Translations under genes and position numbers: made by a program
The notes under the pieces: model-generated
Seen by the model: only the letters and a program-made list of their open reading frames with translations
Databases searched by the model: none
What the model was told of the DNA's origin: nothing
Shown here: positions 50,367-59,537 of the stretch, in pieces
Numbering within the stretch: position 1 is the stretch's first letter
Layout of the letters: the number at the start of each line of letters is the position of its first letter
DNA from: Planctomycetota bacterium
GTDB taxonomy: Bacteria > Planctomycetota > MHYJ01 > WSZJ01
Reading direction: 5' to 3'
Length of the DNA: 64,000 bases
Assembly: GCA_016190145.1 (NCBI GenBank)
Contig: JACPRD010000197.1
Location: 70,369-134,368, forward strand

Positions 50367-50377
50367 AAGGAGCCCGC

Positions 50378-50806
50378 ATGCCGAAGGCCCACGAAACCGA
50401 AATCACCGTCCGCCTGAGCGAAACCGACGAATTCGGCGTCGTCTGGCACGGGAACTATGTCCTCTACTTCGAAGTCGCCCGCACCGAACTCGCCCGCGAA
50501 TTCCAGCTCACGTCCAGGGACCTCAAGGCCGCCGGCCTCTTCCCCCCCGTCGTCGACCTCGCCCTCCAGTGCAGGCTCCCCGCGAAAAACGACGACACGC
50601 TCGTCGTCGCCTGTACCGTCGACCCCCTCACCAGCGCCTCCATCACGATCCGCTACCGCATCACGCGCAAAGGCACCGGCGAACTCATCGCCACCGGCCA
50701 CTCGCGCCAGGCGCTCGTGAACGAGAAGGGATTCCTTCTCTACCAGGTCCCCGCGGAAATCGAGCCGCGGCTCAAGGCGCTCGCGGAAGCCTACCCGTCA
50801 GCCTGA
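50378..50806 (+). CDS. 4HBT/YbgC-type acyl thioesterase
   Basis: 142 aa. VRLSETDEFGVVWHGNYVLYFEVAR. SD AAAGGAG upstream. Confidence 0.8.
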   Translation: MPKAHETEITVRLSETDEFGVVWHGNYVLYFEVARTELAREFQLTSRDLKAAGLFPPVVDLALQCRLPAKNDDTLVVACTVDPLTSASITIRYRITRKGTGELIATGHSRQALVNEKGFLLYQVPAEIEPRLKALAEAYPSA

Positions 50807-50861
50807 GCGGGTCCGGCGAAATCCCTCGCGGCGGCCTCCGCAGGAATTTCGCCGAACCCGC
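50807..50861. terminator. long hairpin between convergent genes
   Basis: gcgggtccggcgaaat / atttcgccgaacccgc: 16-bp arms with 1 mismatch and a 23-nt loop. Confidence 0.5.
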
Positions 50862-51629
50862 TCAGCGCCCCGCTCTTCTCTCCGGCTCTCCCTCGCACAG
50901 CAGCGCCCCGATCACGTCGCGCACCCACCGCGGGTCCCGGATGCTCCGCTCGTGCACCCGCCCCTTTTCCGCCCGCCGGTACACGTGATGCTCCTCCCCC
51001 GCCGCCGTCGCGCTCTCGCGCGTGATCACGATGTCCCCCTCCGCCCAGCACGAGCAGATCGGCATCTCCGATGACGTCGGATCCGCAGCAAGCGAGGATA
51101 GAAAGTCGCTTCCCGGAAGACAGTCCGCCACCTGCTCGTGAAGCGGCAGAATCCTGTGGTACTTCGACCATTTCGTCCCCGCGTGCGGCGTGCCCAGCGT
51201 GTACAGCCGCGCGATGCGCAGCCGATTCGCACCCCGCGTTCCCCGCGCCGCCTCCCGCGCCACGAGCCCGCCCACCGAGTGCGCCACGACGTCGACTTCG
51301 CCCACCCCCGCGAACTGCGCCGTCAGCCGGTCCGCCGCGCCCGTCACGCCCCCGGGCCCCCGGAGGTCCGGCGCGAAGACGCGGCCGTCGAGATCCGTCG
51401 CGCAGCGCCCCAGCCAGTGCCGGAACTCGCCCCAGAGCGCCGGATCGTTGTTCCAGCCGGAGAGAAGGATCAGGGGGCGTGGAAGCGCCTTCCGGTTTTC
51501 GGAGAGGTGCCACAGTCCGGTGCAGGCTTCGGCCTGCTCGCGCGAAGCGTCGGCCATGACCGCCCGCCTCTCGTCGAGGCCCGCGCAGCCGCCCGCCGCC
51601 GCCAGCATCAGGAACGCCCACCACCTCAT
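50862..51629 (-). CDS. lipoprotein alpha/beta-hydrolase (lipase-like)
   Basis: 255 aa. Lipobox AAAGGC. AHSVGG nucleophile elbow. Confidence 0.7.
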   Translation of the reverse strand: MRWWAFLMLAAAGGCAGLDERRAVMADASREQAEACTGLWHLSENRKALPRPLILLSGWNNDPALWGEFRHWLGRCATDLDGRVFAPDLRGPGGVTGAADRLTAQFAGVGEVDVVAHSVGGLVAREAARGTRGANRLRIARLYTLGTPHAGTKWSKYHRILPLHEQVADCLPGSDFLSSLAADPTSSEMPICSCWAEGDIVITRESATAAGEEHHVYRRAEKGRVHERSIRDPRWVRDVIGALLCEGEPERRAGR

Positions 51630-51645
51630 TGACGCACCGCGTTAC
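51629..51645. repeat. 17-bp palindrome copy TTGACGC-ACC-GCGTtAc
   Basis: It sits in the 12-nt gap between the LolA-like stop and the lipase-like start, overlapping both. One arm mismatch. Confidence 0.7.
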
Positions 51646-52373
51646 TTGTCGAAGTCCACGACCGTGATCTTCGCGTCCTTCGGGATCTCGTACAGCTTCT
51701 CGTCCACGCCGCCGTTCAGCGCGAAGTTCGAGAGCAGAATCTCCGTCACGTTGTCCGCCGTGTCGACGTACCGCACCCGCGACACGATCCATTCCTCCGG
51801 GTCGATCTCGAGCTGAAGCGCCCTCACGAACCTCTTCAGCCGGTCGCTCGTCGGCGCGAAGTCCAGCACCCAGCCCTTGCCCTCGGCCGGCTTCGCCCCG
51901 AGCGCCACCGTGAACGACTTCCGCATCCCGCTCAGCGACCCGCCCACCGTCAGCATCTCCGATACCTCGAACTTCCCCTTCCCCAGGTCCGTCTTCTCCG
52001 CCGCGTTGTCCTCGATCACGTAGCTCCAGAGAAGCTTCTCGTCCGCGAGCACGAGCGTCCGCTGCGGGTTCAGCTTCTCTCCCGTTTGCTCGTTCAGGAG
52101 CCACGACTCCCAGCAGATCCGCGGTCCCGCCGGCGTTTTTTTCACGGACAGCCGCCCCGTCACCACGTCCGGCCGCTTCCGGATCTTCATCTTCTTCGTC
52201 TGCCGGAATTCCGCCTTCAGGTACTGCACCTTCTCCGCCTGCGCGTCGACGCTTCGGAAGACGTCTTCGAGTTCGGGGGGAAGGGGCGCCTGGGGGTCGG
52301 CGGGGCCGTCGGCGAGGGCGGCGAGGGCGGCCACGAGGGGGAAGGCGATCGCGGGGAGCAGGTTTCTCACCAT
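51642..52373 (-). CDS. LolA-like (outer-membrane lipoprotein carrier fold) protein
   Basis: 243 aa with a signal peptide. FRQTKKMKIRKRPDVVTGRLSVKK...LDFAPTSD...L.LEID pattern. The family call is by resemblance. Confidence 0.6.
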   Translation of the reverse strand: MVRNLLPAIAFPLVAALAALADGPADPQAPLPPELEDVFRSVDAQAEKVQYLKAEFRQTKKMKIRKRPDVVTGRLSVKKTPAGPRICWESWLLNEQTGEKLNPQRTLVLADEKLLWSYVIEDNAAEKTDLGKGKFEVSEMLTVGGSLSGMRKSFTVALGAKPAEGKGWVLDFAPTSDRLKRFVRALQLEIDPEEWIVSRVRYVDTADNVTEILLSNFALNGGVDEKLYEIPKDAKITVVDFDK

Positions 52374-52477
52374 GTCAATTTAACAAAGATCGGGGCGGTC
52401 CTGTTCCGCCGGTTTGTCCGCGGGCGCGGGGAGGGCCCGTTCTTCCTTTCCCGGTTCCCCACCCCCCGCGGCGAGCA

Positions 52478-52490
52478 TAGAATGCCCCCC
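52478..52490 (+). promoter_or_regulatory. -10 element TAGAAT, 7 nt upstream of ATG 52491
   Basis: gcaTAGAATgccccccATG. Confidence 0.4.
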
Positions 52491-53201
52491 ATGAATCCCC
52501 GGATCGTCGTGGCCGGCATCGTGATCGTCCTCGTCGTCGCGTTCTTCATCCTCTCGCCCACGCTGCGCCCGGGCGCGCCCGAGGGAGCCTGGGGGGAGTT
52601 GACGTCGGGCGACCCCGCCGCGACCGCGCGCAACATGGTCGGAAACGGCGACTTCTCCGACACCCGTCTGATCGGCTGGAGCCAGTCGAAAACGGTGGAA
52701 CTCCAGCCGCACGCGATCCCCGAGGGAGAGTCCGCCCCCGGCGCGGGCCGCGGCGGCACCGGCGGGTTCCACCTGGGTCCCGCCGATGCCCGCCGCGCGC
52801 GCGTCTGCGCCGCCTGGCCCCTCGCCGACCTCCGCCATTTCGACTATTACTTCGACGGCTTCGCCCGCTTCGAATCCCGCCGCGGCAAGACCTGGGTCGG
52901 AATCGAGTTCACGCTCGAGGGCAGCGACGGACAGCCGGTGGCGACGTACCTGGCCTGGAAGGGATCGCCGGGGGTGGCCGCGCCGGTGCGGGCGAAGGGG
53001 CTGGTCGAGGAGATGCAGCCGTCGGACGGAGGGTGGTGGCGCGTGCCGACGCGCACCACGGCGGAACTGAAAGGCAAGGGACTCGCGCTCGCGGAGCCGG
53101 CATACGCCCTGACCGTGCGGCTCTGGCTGGACCTGGACGAAGCCGAGGCGGACGTCTGGTTCGACGACGTGAAGGTGCTCGACATGAAGGCCGGGCGATG
53201 A
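52491..53201 (+). CDS. membrane-anchored hypothetical protein (CBM4/9-like start GNGDFS)
   Basis: Start chosen at MNPRIVVAGIVIVLVVAFFIL. ATG 52482 lies inside the -10 box and ORF 52086 is longer. It is coupled to the next gene by ATGA. Confidence 0.6.
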   Translation: MNPRIVVAGIVIVLVVAFFILSPTLRPGAPEGAWGELTSGDPAATARNMVGNGDFSDTRLIGWSQSKTVELQPHAIPEGESAPGAGRGGTGGFHLGPADARRARVCAAWPLADLRHFDYYFDGFARFESRRGKTWVGIEFTLEGSDGQPVATYLAWKGSPGVAAPVRAKGLVEEMQPSDGGWWRVPTRTTAELKGKGLALAEPAYALTVRLWLDLDEAEADVWFDDVKVLDMKAGR

Positions 53202-53890
53202 GGGGCGTCGCGCTCGCGTTCGCGCTCGCCGCGGCGGGCTGCGCGTCGACGCCCCCGGAAAACCGGACGGCGCCCGCGACCTACAGGGACGCGTTCGTCG
53301 ATTTCCACAAGGAGTCGGACGCCATGCTGCGCTTCGCGGGCCGCAACCGCCTGCGCGTCGAGGGATGCGCCGGTCGGGCGCGTGCGGCGCTCGGCTCGAT
53401 GCAGGGGCTGCTCGCCGCGGAGCCCGCCGCGCGACTCGCCTCTCTCTCCGACCGCTTCGGCTCCTTCGCCCGCACGATCGCCGCGGACAACGCGCTCTCC
53501 TCGGGTCAGGAACTCGCCGTGAACGCGCTTCGCGACGAGATCGCGCGCGACTTCGCGCCGGAGCGGGTGGAGGTGGTGTCGCGCGGGCCCGAGCCGCCGC
53601 GGCCGCCGGAGCCGGGGGCGTTCGCGCGATGGGAAGCGGCGCACGCGCGGTTCGCGGAGGCGGCGCGCGGGGGCGGAGGCGCACGGGTCGTGCAGGAATA
53701 TTCTGAAGTACGGGCGGCGATGGAAGGGATGGCGGCGACGGACGAGGATCGGTATCGCGTGGAGAGGTTCCTGCGCGAGTACGAGCGGCTGGCGGAGCTT
53801 TTGGAGTCGGGAAAGGCGATGGAACAGGATTTGAAGGGCATTCCCGTCCTGGAGGCCGATATCCGCGCCTCATTCGGAGAAAAGAAATGA
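53198..53890 (+). CDS. hypothetical lipoprotein
   Basis: MRGVALAFALAAAGCAS lipobox; helical. Its stop overlaps the next start. Confidence 0.6.
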   Translation: MRGVALAFALAAAGCASTPPENRTAPATYRDAFVDFHKESDAMLRFAGRNRLRVEGCAGRARAALGSMQGLLAAEPAARLASLSDRFGSFARTIAADNALSSGQELAVNALRDEIARDFAPERVEVVSRGPEPPRPPEPGAFARWEAAHARFAEAARGGGGARVVQEYSEVRAAMEGMAATDEDRYRVERFLREYERLAELLESGKAMEQDLKGIPVLEADIRASFGEKK

Positions 53891-54408
53891 CGATCTACGA
53901 CAAGAGCCAGTCGCAGAAGAACGCGTTTGAGCGGCTGCTCGCGAAGATCCCCGGATTCCGCGGGTACCTGGCGAAGGAAAACCGGCGGGAGAGCGACAAG
54001 CTCGAGCGCGAGTTCATCGCCAAAGCGTTCGACGCCGCGCGCGAACCCCTCCGCCGCACCGTCCGCGCCGTCGCGGACAGCGGGAATTTCGACGCGCTCC
54101 GCGCCGTCGCGGGGATCGACCCCCTGGAAAAGCTCGTCGAAAAAGTCGCCAATCGCGTGAGATTCGCCGACTACGGATACTCGGGCTTCTTCGACGCCGT
54201 GAAAATCGGCGAGCCGGAGCTCGAACGCCTCTACGCGTTCGATCTCGCCCTTTACGAGCGGGCGGAGCAGCTCGAGAAACGGACCCGGGAACTCCCGTCG
54301 CTCGCGAACGACGGCGACGCGCTCAAGGCGGAGGTGTCGCTCCTGGAGCAGCTCGTGAGGGAGATCGACAGGGACTTCGATCAGCGCGAGAGAATCGTCA
54401 CCGGGTAG
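53887..54408 (+). CDS. hypothetical cytoplasmic protein
   Basis: 173-aa intact ORF, coupled by ATGA, sitting upstream of the SPFH gene. Confidence 0.6.
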   Translation: MTIYDKSQSQKNAFERLLAKIPGFRGYLAKENRRESDKLEREFIAKAFDAAREPLRRTVRAVADSGNFDALRAVAGIDPLEKLVEKVANRVRFADYGYSGFFDAVKIGEPELERLYAFDLALYERAEQLEKRTRELPSLANDGDALKAEVSLLEQLVREIDRDFDQRERIVTG

Positions 54409-54449
54409 AACGGCAGTCCAGGTCAAGGGGCGCACTTAGGAGAACGGAA

Positions 54450-55529
54450 ATGGCCATCCTCGACGTCATCCAGTACCTCGATGAGTCCGGTCAGAACATG
54501 GCGGTCCGCATCGGCCCCTCGACCGTCAACATGGGCTCGCAGCTCATCGTCCGCGAAACCCAGGCGGCCGTCTTCTACCGCGACGGAAAAGCCTACGACA
54601 CCTTCGGCGCCGGCCGCTTCACCCTCACCACCCAGAACATCCCCCTCGTCGGCGCCGTCATGCGCCTCCCCTTCGGCGGCAATACCCCCTTCCCCGTCGA
54701 AATCGTCTTCCTCAACATGCGCGACTTCCTCGACCTCAAGTGGGGCACCAAGGAGCCCGTTCTCTTCCGCGACTCCGAATTCGGCATGGTCGAACTGCGC
54801 GCGTTCGGGAAGTTCAGCCTCAAGCTCCGCGACCCGAAGCTGTTCGTCGGAACGGTCTTCGGCCAGAAGCAGACGTACCGGGTTTCGGAAATGGAGGAGT
54901 GGCTGCGCGACGCGATCGTCCAGCAGCTCAACGACGCGCTCGGCGAGAAGATGACCTCCCTGCTCGATCTCGCGAAGAACTACAACGAACTCGCGACGAT
55001 GCTCAAGGCGAAGGTCTCCACCGACTTCGAACGCTACGGCGTCGAAATCACCGCGTTCATGCTGGGCGCGATCACGCCGCCGGAAGAAGTGCAGAAGGCG
55101 CTCCGCCAGCGCCAGCAGCTCGGGATCCTGGGCCCGGCGATGGGCGCCTACCAGCAGAAGGCCGCGGCCGACGCGCTCATGGACGCCGCGAAGAATCCGT
55201 CGGGGATGGCGGGGATGGGCGTGGGCCTCGGCGCCGGGCTGATGATGCCGCAGATGATGGCCGGCGCGATGGCGCCGCAGACGGCGCCGGCGGCCGCCAC
55301 GGAGCCCTGCCCGAAATGCAAAACAGCGGTTGCGAAAGGCGCCAAATTCTGTTCGAGCTGCGGGTCGCCCATGCAGGCGCTCTGCATCGCAGGCTGCCAG
55401 ACGCCCGTGCCCGCCGGCGCGAAATTCTGCCCGGGGTGCGGCAAGCCCCAGACGGCTTCGTGCCCCAAGTGCAACGCGGTGCTGGCGCCGGGCGCGAAGT
55501 TCTGCGCGGGATGCGGCTCGCCCGTCTAA
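54450..55529 (+). CDS. SPFH/band-7-like (virion-core-protein-like) protein with three C-terminal zinc ribbons
   Basis: 359 aa. The N-terminal 240 aa fit the SPFH-like pattern. The C-terminus has CPKCKT...FCSSCG, CIAGCQ...FCPGCG and CPKCNA...FCAGCG. SD AGGAGA upstream. Confidence 0.75.
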   Translation: MAILDVIQYLDESGQNMAVRIGPSTVNMGSQLIVRETQAAVFYRDGKAYDTFGAGRFTLTTQNIPLVGAVMRLPFGGNTPFPVEIVFLNMRDFLDLKWGTKEPVLFRDSEFGMVELRAFGKFSLKLRDPKLFVGTVFGQKQTYRVSEMEEWLRDAIVQQLNDALGEKMTSLLDLAKNYNELATMLKAKVSTDFERYGVEITAFMLGAITPPEEVQKALRQRQQLGILGPAMGAYQQKAAADALMDAAKNPSGMAGMGVGLGAGLMMPQMMAGAMAPQTAPAAATEPCPKCKTAVAKGAKFCSSCGSPMQALCIAGCQTPVPAGAKFCPGCGKPQTASCPKCNAVLAPGAKFCAGCGSPV

Positions 55530-55535
55530 GCGAAC

Positions 55536-56036
55536 CTACCGCTTCCGCGCCTTCTTTCCCTTCGCCGCCCTCCGCGCCGGCTTGCGCGACTTCTTCGCGG
55601 GCCGGCTTCCGCCCGTCCTCCGCCCCGTGACGATCGCCGCCGCGGCCCCCAGGCCCTCGCGCGCGACCACGCCCAGCACGTCGCGCACCGAAACCATTCC
55701 CACCAGCCGCTCGCCGTCGATCACCGGCAGGTGCCGGAAATTTCCGACGTGCATCTTCTCGCAGAGCGACGCGAACGCCTCGTCGGGCGGAATGCTGATG
55801 AGCTTGCCCGTCATCGCCTGGTCGACCGTCGCGCCCCGCGGATCGAGACCCGTCGCGACCACCCGCTTGAGCAGATCCCTCTCACTGAAGATACCGACCG
55901 GGCGCCCCTGCTCCGTCACCACGAGCGCGCCGATGTTGTGAAGGTGCATTTCTTTCACGGCGTCGAGAAGCGGAGTCCCCCGCTGCACGCTGCGCACGTT
56001 TCTGGACATGATCTCGGAGACGTTCTTCGGGCCCAT
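55536..56036 (-). CDS. CBS-pair domain protein with a basic C-terminal tail
   Basis: Start chosen at MGPKNVSEIMSRNV, with GGAGG 5 nt upstream. It has two CBS motifs and the tail RRAAKGKKARKR. Confidence 0.8.
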   Translation of the reverse strand: MGPKNVSEIMSRNVRSVQRGTPLLDAVKEMHLHNIGALVVTEQGRPVGIFSERDLLKRVVATGLDPRGATVDQAMTGKLISIPPDEAFASLCEKMHVGNFRHLPVIDGERLVGMVSVRDVLGVVAREGLGAAAAIVTGRRTGGSRPAKKSRKPARRAAKGKKARKR

Positions 56037-56082
56037 CGCCCCTCCCTGTTCCACGGTTTCGGATGCCCCGGCCTCGATCCGC

Positions 56083-56805
56083 CTAGCGCCCGTACCTCAG
56101 GCGCTCCGCCAGGATCTCCGGCAGCCCGGCCTTCACGATCTTGCCGGCCGCCTTCTCGATGTCGTACGGGATCCGGAAAATCTCCATCAGCCGCGACTGC
56201 TCGTCGTAGACCGCGTAAGCGGCGTCCGGATTCTCGTCCCGCGGCTGACCCACGCTTCCGACGTTCACGATCGTCTTCGAATTCGGATCGACCGTGATCT
56301 TCGGCTCCATCGTGAACGACACCGATCTCTTCTGGATGAACGTCACCGGCACGTGCGAATGGCCGAGAAAACAGATGTGCGTCGTCATCTGCTCGAACGA
56401 CAGGTGCGCGTCGTAAGAGGTCTGGATGTACTCGAAGAGTTCGGGCGAGTGAAGAGTTGCGTGGACGAGCGTGCAGTCGTCGATCAGCTCGACGAGGGGC
56501 AGGCTCGAAAGCCAGCTCTTCTCCTCCTTCGTCAGCATCCGCCGCGTCCAGAGCGCGGCCTCGCGGGCGTAGCTGTTGAAGAAGTCGACGTTGATCTTGT
56601 CGATGGTGGCGAAGTCGTGGTTGCCGGCGACGGTCGTCGCGCCGATCTCGCGGATCTTGGCGATGCACGCGGAGGGGTCGGCACCGTAGCCCACGACATC
56701 GCCCACGCACATGAGCTTGTCGGGCTTGTGCTTCGCCATGGCCGCGAGGACCGCCTCCAGCGCCTCCAGATTGGCGTGGATGTCCCCCAGGATGCCGTAT
56801 TTCAT
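56083..56805 (-). CDS. metallophosphoesterase (YfcE/MJ0936-like)
   Basis: 240 aa. GDIHAN, VGDVVGYG, GNHD, GHSH. Confidence 0.85.
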   Translation of the reverse strand: MKYGILGDIHANLEALEAVLAAMAKHKPDKLMCVGDVVGYGADPSACIAKIREIGATTVAGNHDFATIDKINVDFFNSYAREAALWTRRMLTKEEKSWLSSLPLVELIDDCTLVHATLHSPELFEYIQTSYDAHLSFEQMTTHICFLGHSHVPVTFIQKRSVSFTMEPKITVDPNSKTIVNVGSVGQPRDENPDAAYAVYDEQSRLMEIFRIPYDIEKAAGKIVKAGLPEILAERLRYGR

Positions 56806-56831
56806 CTAGACTGTTGTCCCCACCCCGCCGT

Positions 56832-58058
56832 TCAGCGGATTTCCTTCCGCGAGAAGACAGCCGTCCCCGCGACCAGCACGAGAGCGGAGTAGGCAATGCC
56901 GTAGGCCGCACACGTCAAGACGTAGGTCATGGTGATCGGCCGCCCCGCGGCGACCAAGGATTCTACACGGAAATTCTCGAGGTTCGGCAAGAGCGCGTAA
57001 AAAATCCGTCCGAAACCGCGCGAGAGGAAACCCCGGCCGGGGGCGGTGAGAGCGAGGAAGAGGTAATTGGAGAGGTGCCCGAGGAGGAAGACGAGGAAGG
57101 AAATGGAGGCGTTGGCGACGAGGGAGGCGTGCGGCGCGAGGGAAGCGGCGAACGCGAGGAGGATGGCGACGCGCATCACCGCGAGGGTCGCGCCTTTCAG
57201 AATCTGAGGCGCTTCGCCGGTCCAGAACTGGTGGTAGTGGGCGGCGGCGGCGCCGTAGCGACGCGGGCGGACGCGGGCGTCTTCGCGGGCCTGGGGAATC
57301 GGGGGTTGGGCGTCGGCGGGGAGGGTGACGTGAACGGCCCTGCCTGCGGTATCGACGACGCGCCAGTCGCGCTGGACGACGAGGGTGGTTTTTCCGTTGC
57401 GGACGGAGCTGCGCAGGACGTTCCACTCGAGGGCGCCGGAGTCGCGCCAGACGAAGAGTGAGCCGCCGGCGAAGCGGCCTTCCTGGGGGACGCCTGCGAG
57501 TCTGGCGAGGGCGGAGGTGCGTTCTTCGTAGGTGCGGTCGAGGGTGACGAGGACGGTGTGGGCGTATTCCGGGGATAGTTCAACTGATTCTATTAGTCCG
57601 GGCGAATCTCCACCCCAGTCGAACTGCGCCGCTTCGTCGATGTCGCACAGACTCGAAAACCGCGGCTCCCCTTCCTTCTGCCACAGCGTCACCACCAGCG
57701 CCGCCGCCAGCACCGCCGCCGCAAACGCCACCGCTCCGAGAATCCCGAAGTACTTCCCCAGCAGGAACTGCCCGCGCGTCACCGGCTTCGACAGCACCGT
57801 GAGCGCCGTCAACTTCTCCATCTCGCGCGTGATCACCAGCCAGGACAGCAGGACCGCCATCAGGCCGCAGGCGAGCGCGATGGAAGAGATGCCCATCTCC
57901 CGCAGCAGAAACGCCTCGAGCGACTCATCGAGCGTGAACATCGTGAAGTACTGCGACGACCAGATCATCCCGCCGAAGGAAACGAGCAGGATATAGAAAA
58001 GCGGCTGCCGCAGCGCTTCATGCGCGGTGTTCGAGGCGACGACCCAGGTCTTGTACAT
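56832..58058 (-). CDS. ABC-2 family permease-like membrane protein with a large external loop (no adjacent ATPase)
   Basis: Start at MYKTWVVASNTAHEALRQP. EMEKLTALTVLSKPVTRGQFLLGKYFG is the ABC-2/NosY-type signature. Confidence 0.7.
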   Translation of the reverse strand: MYKTWVVASNTAHEALRQPLFYILLVSFGGMIWSSQYFTMFTLDESLEAFLLREMGISSIALACGLMAVLLSWLVITREMEKLTALTVLSKPVTRGQFLLGKYFGILGAVAFAAAVLAAALVVTLWQKEGEPRFSSLCDIDEAAQFDWGGDSPGLIESVELSPEYAHTVLVTLDRTYEERTSALARLAGVPQEGRFAGGSLFVWRDSGALEWNVLRSSVRNGKTTLVVQRDWRVVDTAGRAVHVTLPADAQPPIPQAREDARVRPRRYGAAAAHYHQFWTGEAPQILKGATLAVMRVAILLAFAASLAPHASLVANASISFLVFLLGHLSNYLFLALTAPGRGFLSRGFGRIFYALLPNLENFRVESLVAAGRPITMTYVLTCAAYGIAYSALVLVAGTAVFSRKEIR

Positions 58059-58062
58059 GGTT

Positions 58063-58338
58063 CTACCGATGGACTCCGAAGCCCGCGAATTCGCCCGTGG
58101 CGTCTCCACGGCTGACTTCATGCGACCGGACGTACCGCGACATCGATGACAGGACGTCGCCGAGAAACAGCTCGAGCACTTCTTTCGATCCTTCCGCAAC
58201 GCACTCCACGGTCCCGTCCGCGTTATTGCGCACCCAGCCCCGCGCGCCGGACGTCCGTGCCGCCTCGCAGGTCCGGGCGCGGAACCCGACGCCCTGGACT
58301 CGACCGTGGAACACGACTCGGATGCGTTCGTCTTTCAT
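58063..58338 (-). CDS. acyP: acylphosphatase
   Basis: Start at MKDERIRVVFHGRVQGVGFRA. WVRNNADGTVE. 91 aa. Confidence 0.85.
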   Translation of the reverse strand: MKDERIRVVFHGRVQGVGFRARTCEAARTSGARGWVRNNADGTVECVAEGSKEVLELFLGDVLSSMSRYVRSHEVSRGDATGEFAGFGVHR

Positions 58339-58697
58339 CGGCGGCGCCGGCGCTGAATGGTAGCAAGTGGCGGTGAAGTCGCCAAGGTCCGGACAGGACG
58401 TGAGGAGAAACCGAGATTTCATGGCTTTGAGGAAACCTTTGCCGATTGTCTGCCAAAATAATGACATAAAGTGCTGTCATATAAGTAGTTAGGATGATAT
58501 TGTGCCGCTCTCGTGCTCGCCGGCAGTTCAATACTCCGGATCGCTGGCGTGCATCCCCGGAGTTGCTGCTCGTGGTCAGTGGTCTGAGTCACAGGGGAAA
58601 GAGGACTATGGAGCTGTTGATGTTCGAGGGAATTCCTCTGGCCCCTCGGGCAGGCCCTGCCCCAAACTCGGAATGCACCCCTGATCGCGGAGATGTA

Positions 58698-58727
58698 TTG
58701 CAGATTCCTCGTCCACCCCTCTATAAT
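58698..58727 (+). promoter_or_regulatory. sigma70-type promoter (TTGCAG - 18 nt - TATAAT) upstream of parA
   Basis: gtaTTGCAGattcctcgtccacccctcTATAATccc, about 40 nt before the ATG. Confidence 0.5.
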
Positions 58728-58766
58728 CCCGCGTCTACTTCCGCAGGAATTCAGAGAGGGCCGGTC

Positions 58767-59537
58767 ATGGGTTACGTCGTCGCGATCGCCAATCACAAAG
58801 GTGGAGTCGGTAAGACCACTTCGGCCATCAATCTCGGCACCCTGCTCGCCCTCACCGGCCGGAAAACCTTGATTCTCGACCTCGACCTCCAGGGCAACGC
58901 CACGAGCGGTCTGGGCGTCCGAAAGGAAGATCAGGCAGGCCTCGCCGGCATGCTCCTGGAGGACAAGGCCCCCATCGATGCCTGCAGCCCCGTCTATTGC
59001 GAAGACCTTTTCGTGCTCCCTCTTGGCAAACACGCCGCCACGATCGAGGATGAAATCCGCAAAAACCCCCTTCTCATGGAAAAACTCGAAGGCGTCCTCG
59101 ATCGGATCGCTGCAGCCTGGGACTTCATCATCCTCGATTGCCCCCCGACGTTTGGCCTGATCCCGAATGCCGCAATCCGCCAGGCAACATATACCTGCAT
59201 CCCGGTGCAGTGTGAGTTTTTCTCGGTTGAAGGCCTGACGGCCATGCTCAAACGGATCCAAGAGCTGCAGACGGCCGGCGCGCGCTCGCCTCGCGTCGGA
59301 ATCCTTCTCACGATGTACACGCAAGGAGATGATTCCTCGGATCAGGTCCGGAAGGCGGTCGAACAGAATTTCGGCAGCCTCCTCCTCACCCCCATCATCC
59401 CGCGCGACCCGATCCTCTCGCACGCCCCCCGCATCGGCATCCCCGCTGTCCTCCAAGCGCCCGAAAGTCGAGGCGCCAGGGCTTACCTTGAACTCGCATG
59501 GGAGGTGATCAAGCATGAAAGGCAAGAAGCTGGGTAA
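58767..59537 (+). CDS. parA: chromosome partitioning ATPase ParA/Soj
   Basis: Start at MGYVVAIANHKGGVGKTT (deviant Walker A) inside ORF 58494..59537. Confidence 0.9.
   Translation: MGYVVAIANHKGGVGKTTSAINLGTLLALTGRKTLILDLDLQGNATSGLGVRKEDQAGLAGMLLEDKAPIDACSPVYCEDLFVLPLGKHAATIEDEIRKNPLLMEKLEGVLDRIAAAWDFIILDCPPTFGLIPNAAIRQATYTCIPVQCEFFSVEGLTAMLKRIQELQTAGARSPRVGILLTMYTQGDDSSDQVRKAVEQNFGSLLLTPIIPRDPILSHAPRIGIPAVLQAPESRGARAYLELAWEVIKHERQEAG

Noticed and set aside
52430-52470. Possible additional degenerate heptamer arrays (here and at 28990-29045 and 62551-62585)
   Set aside because: The period-7 signal is weak and the units are too divergent to distinguish from C/T-rich low-complexity sequence by eye.
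58339-58766. Replication origin (DnaA-box cluster) or a protein-coding start at 58494 upstream of parA
   Set aside because: I could find no TTATCCACA-like boxes. The N-terminal 91 residues of ORF 58494..59537 have no ParA homology, whereas MGYVVAIANHKGGVGKTT is the canonical ParA start downstream of a good promoter.
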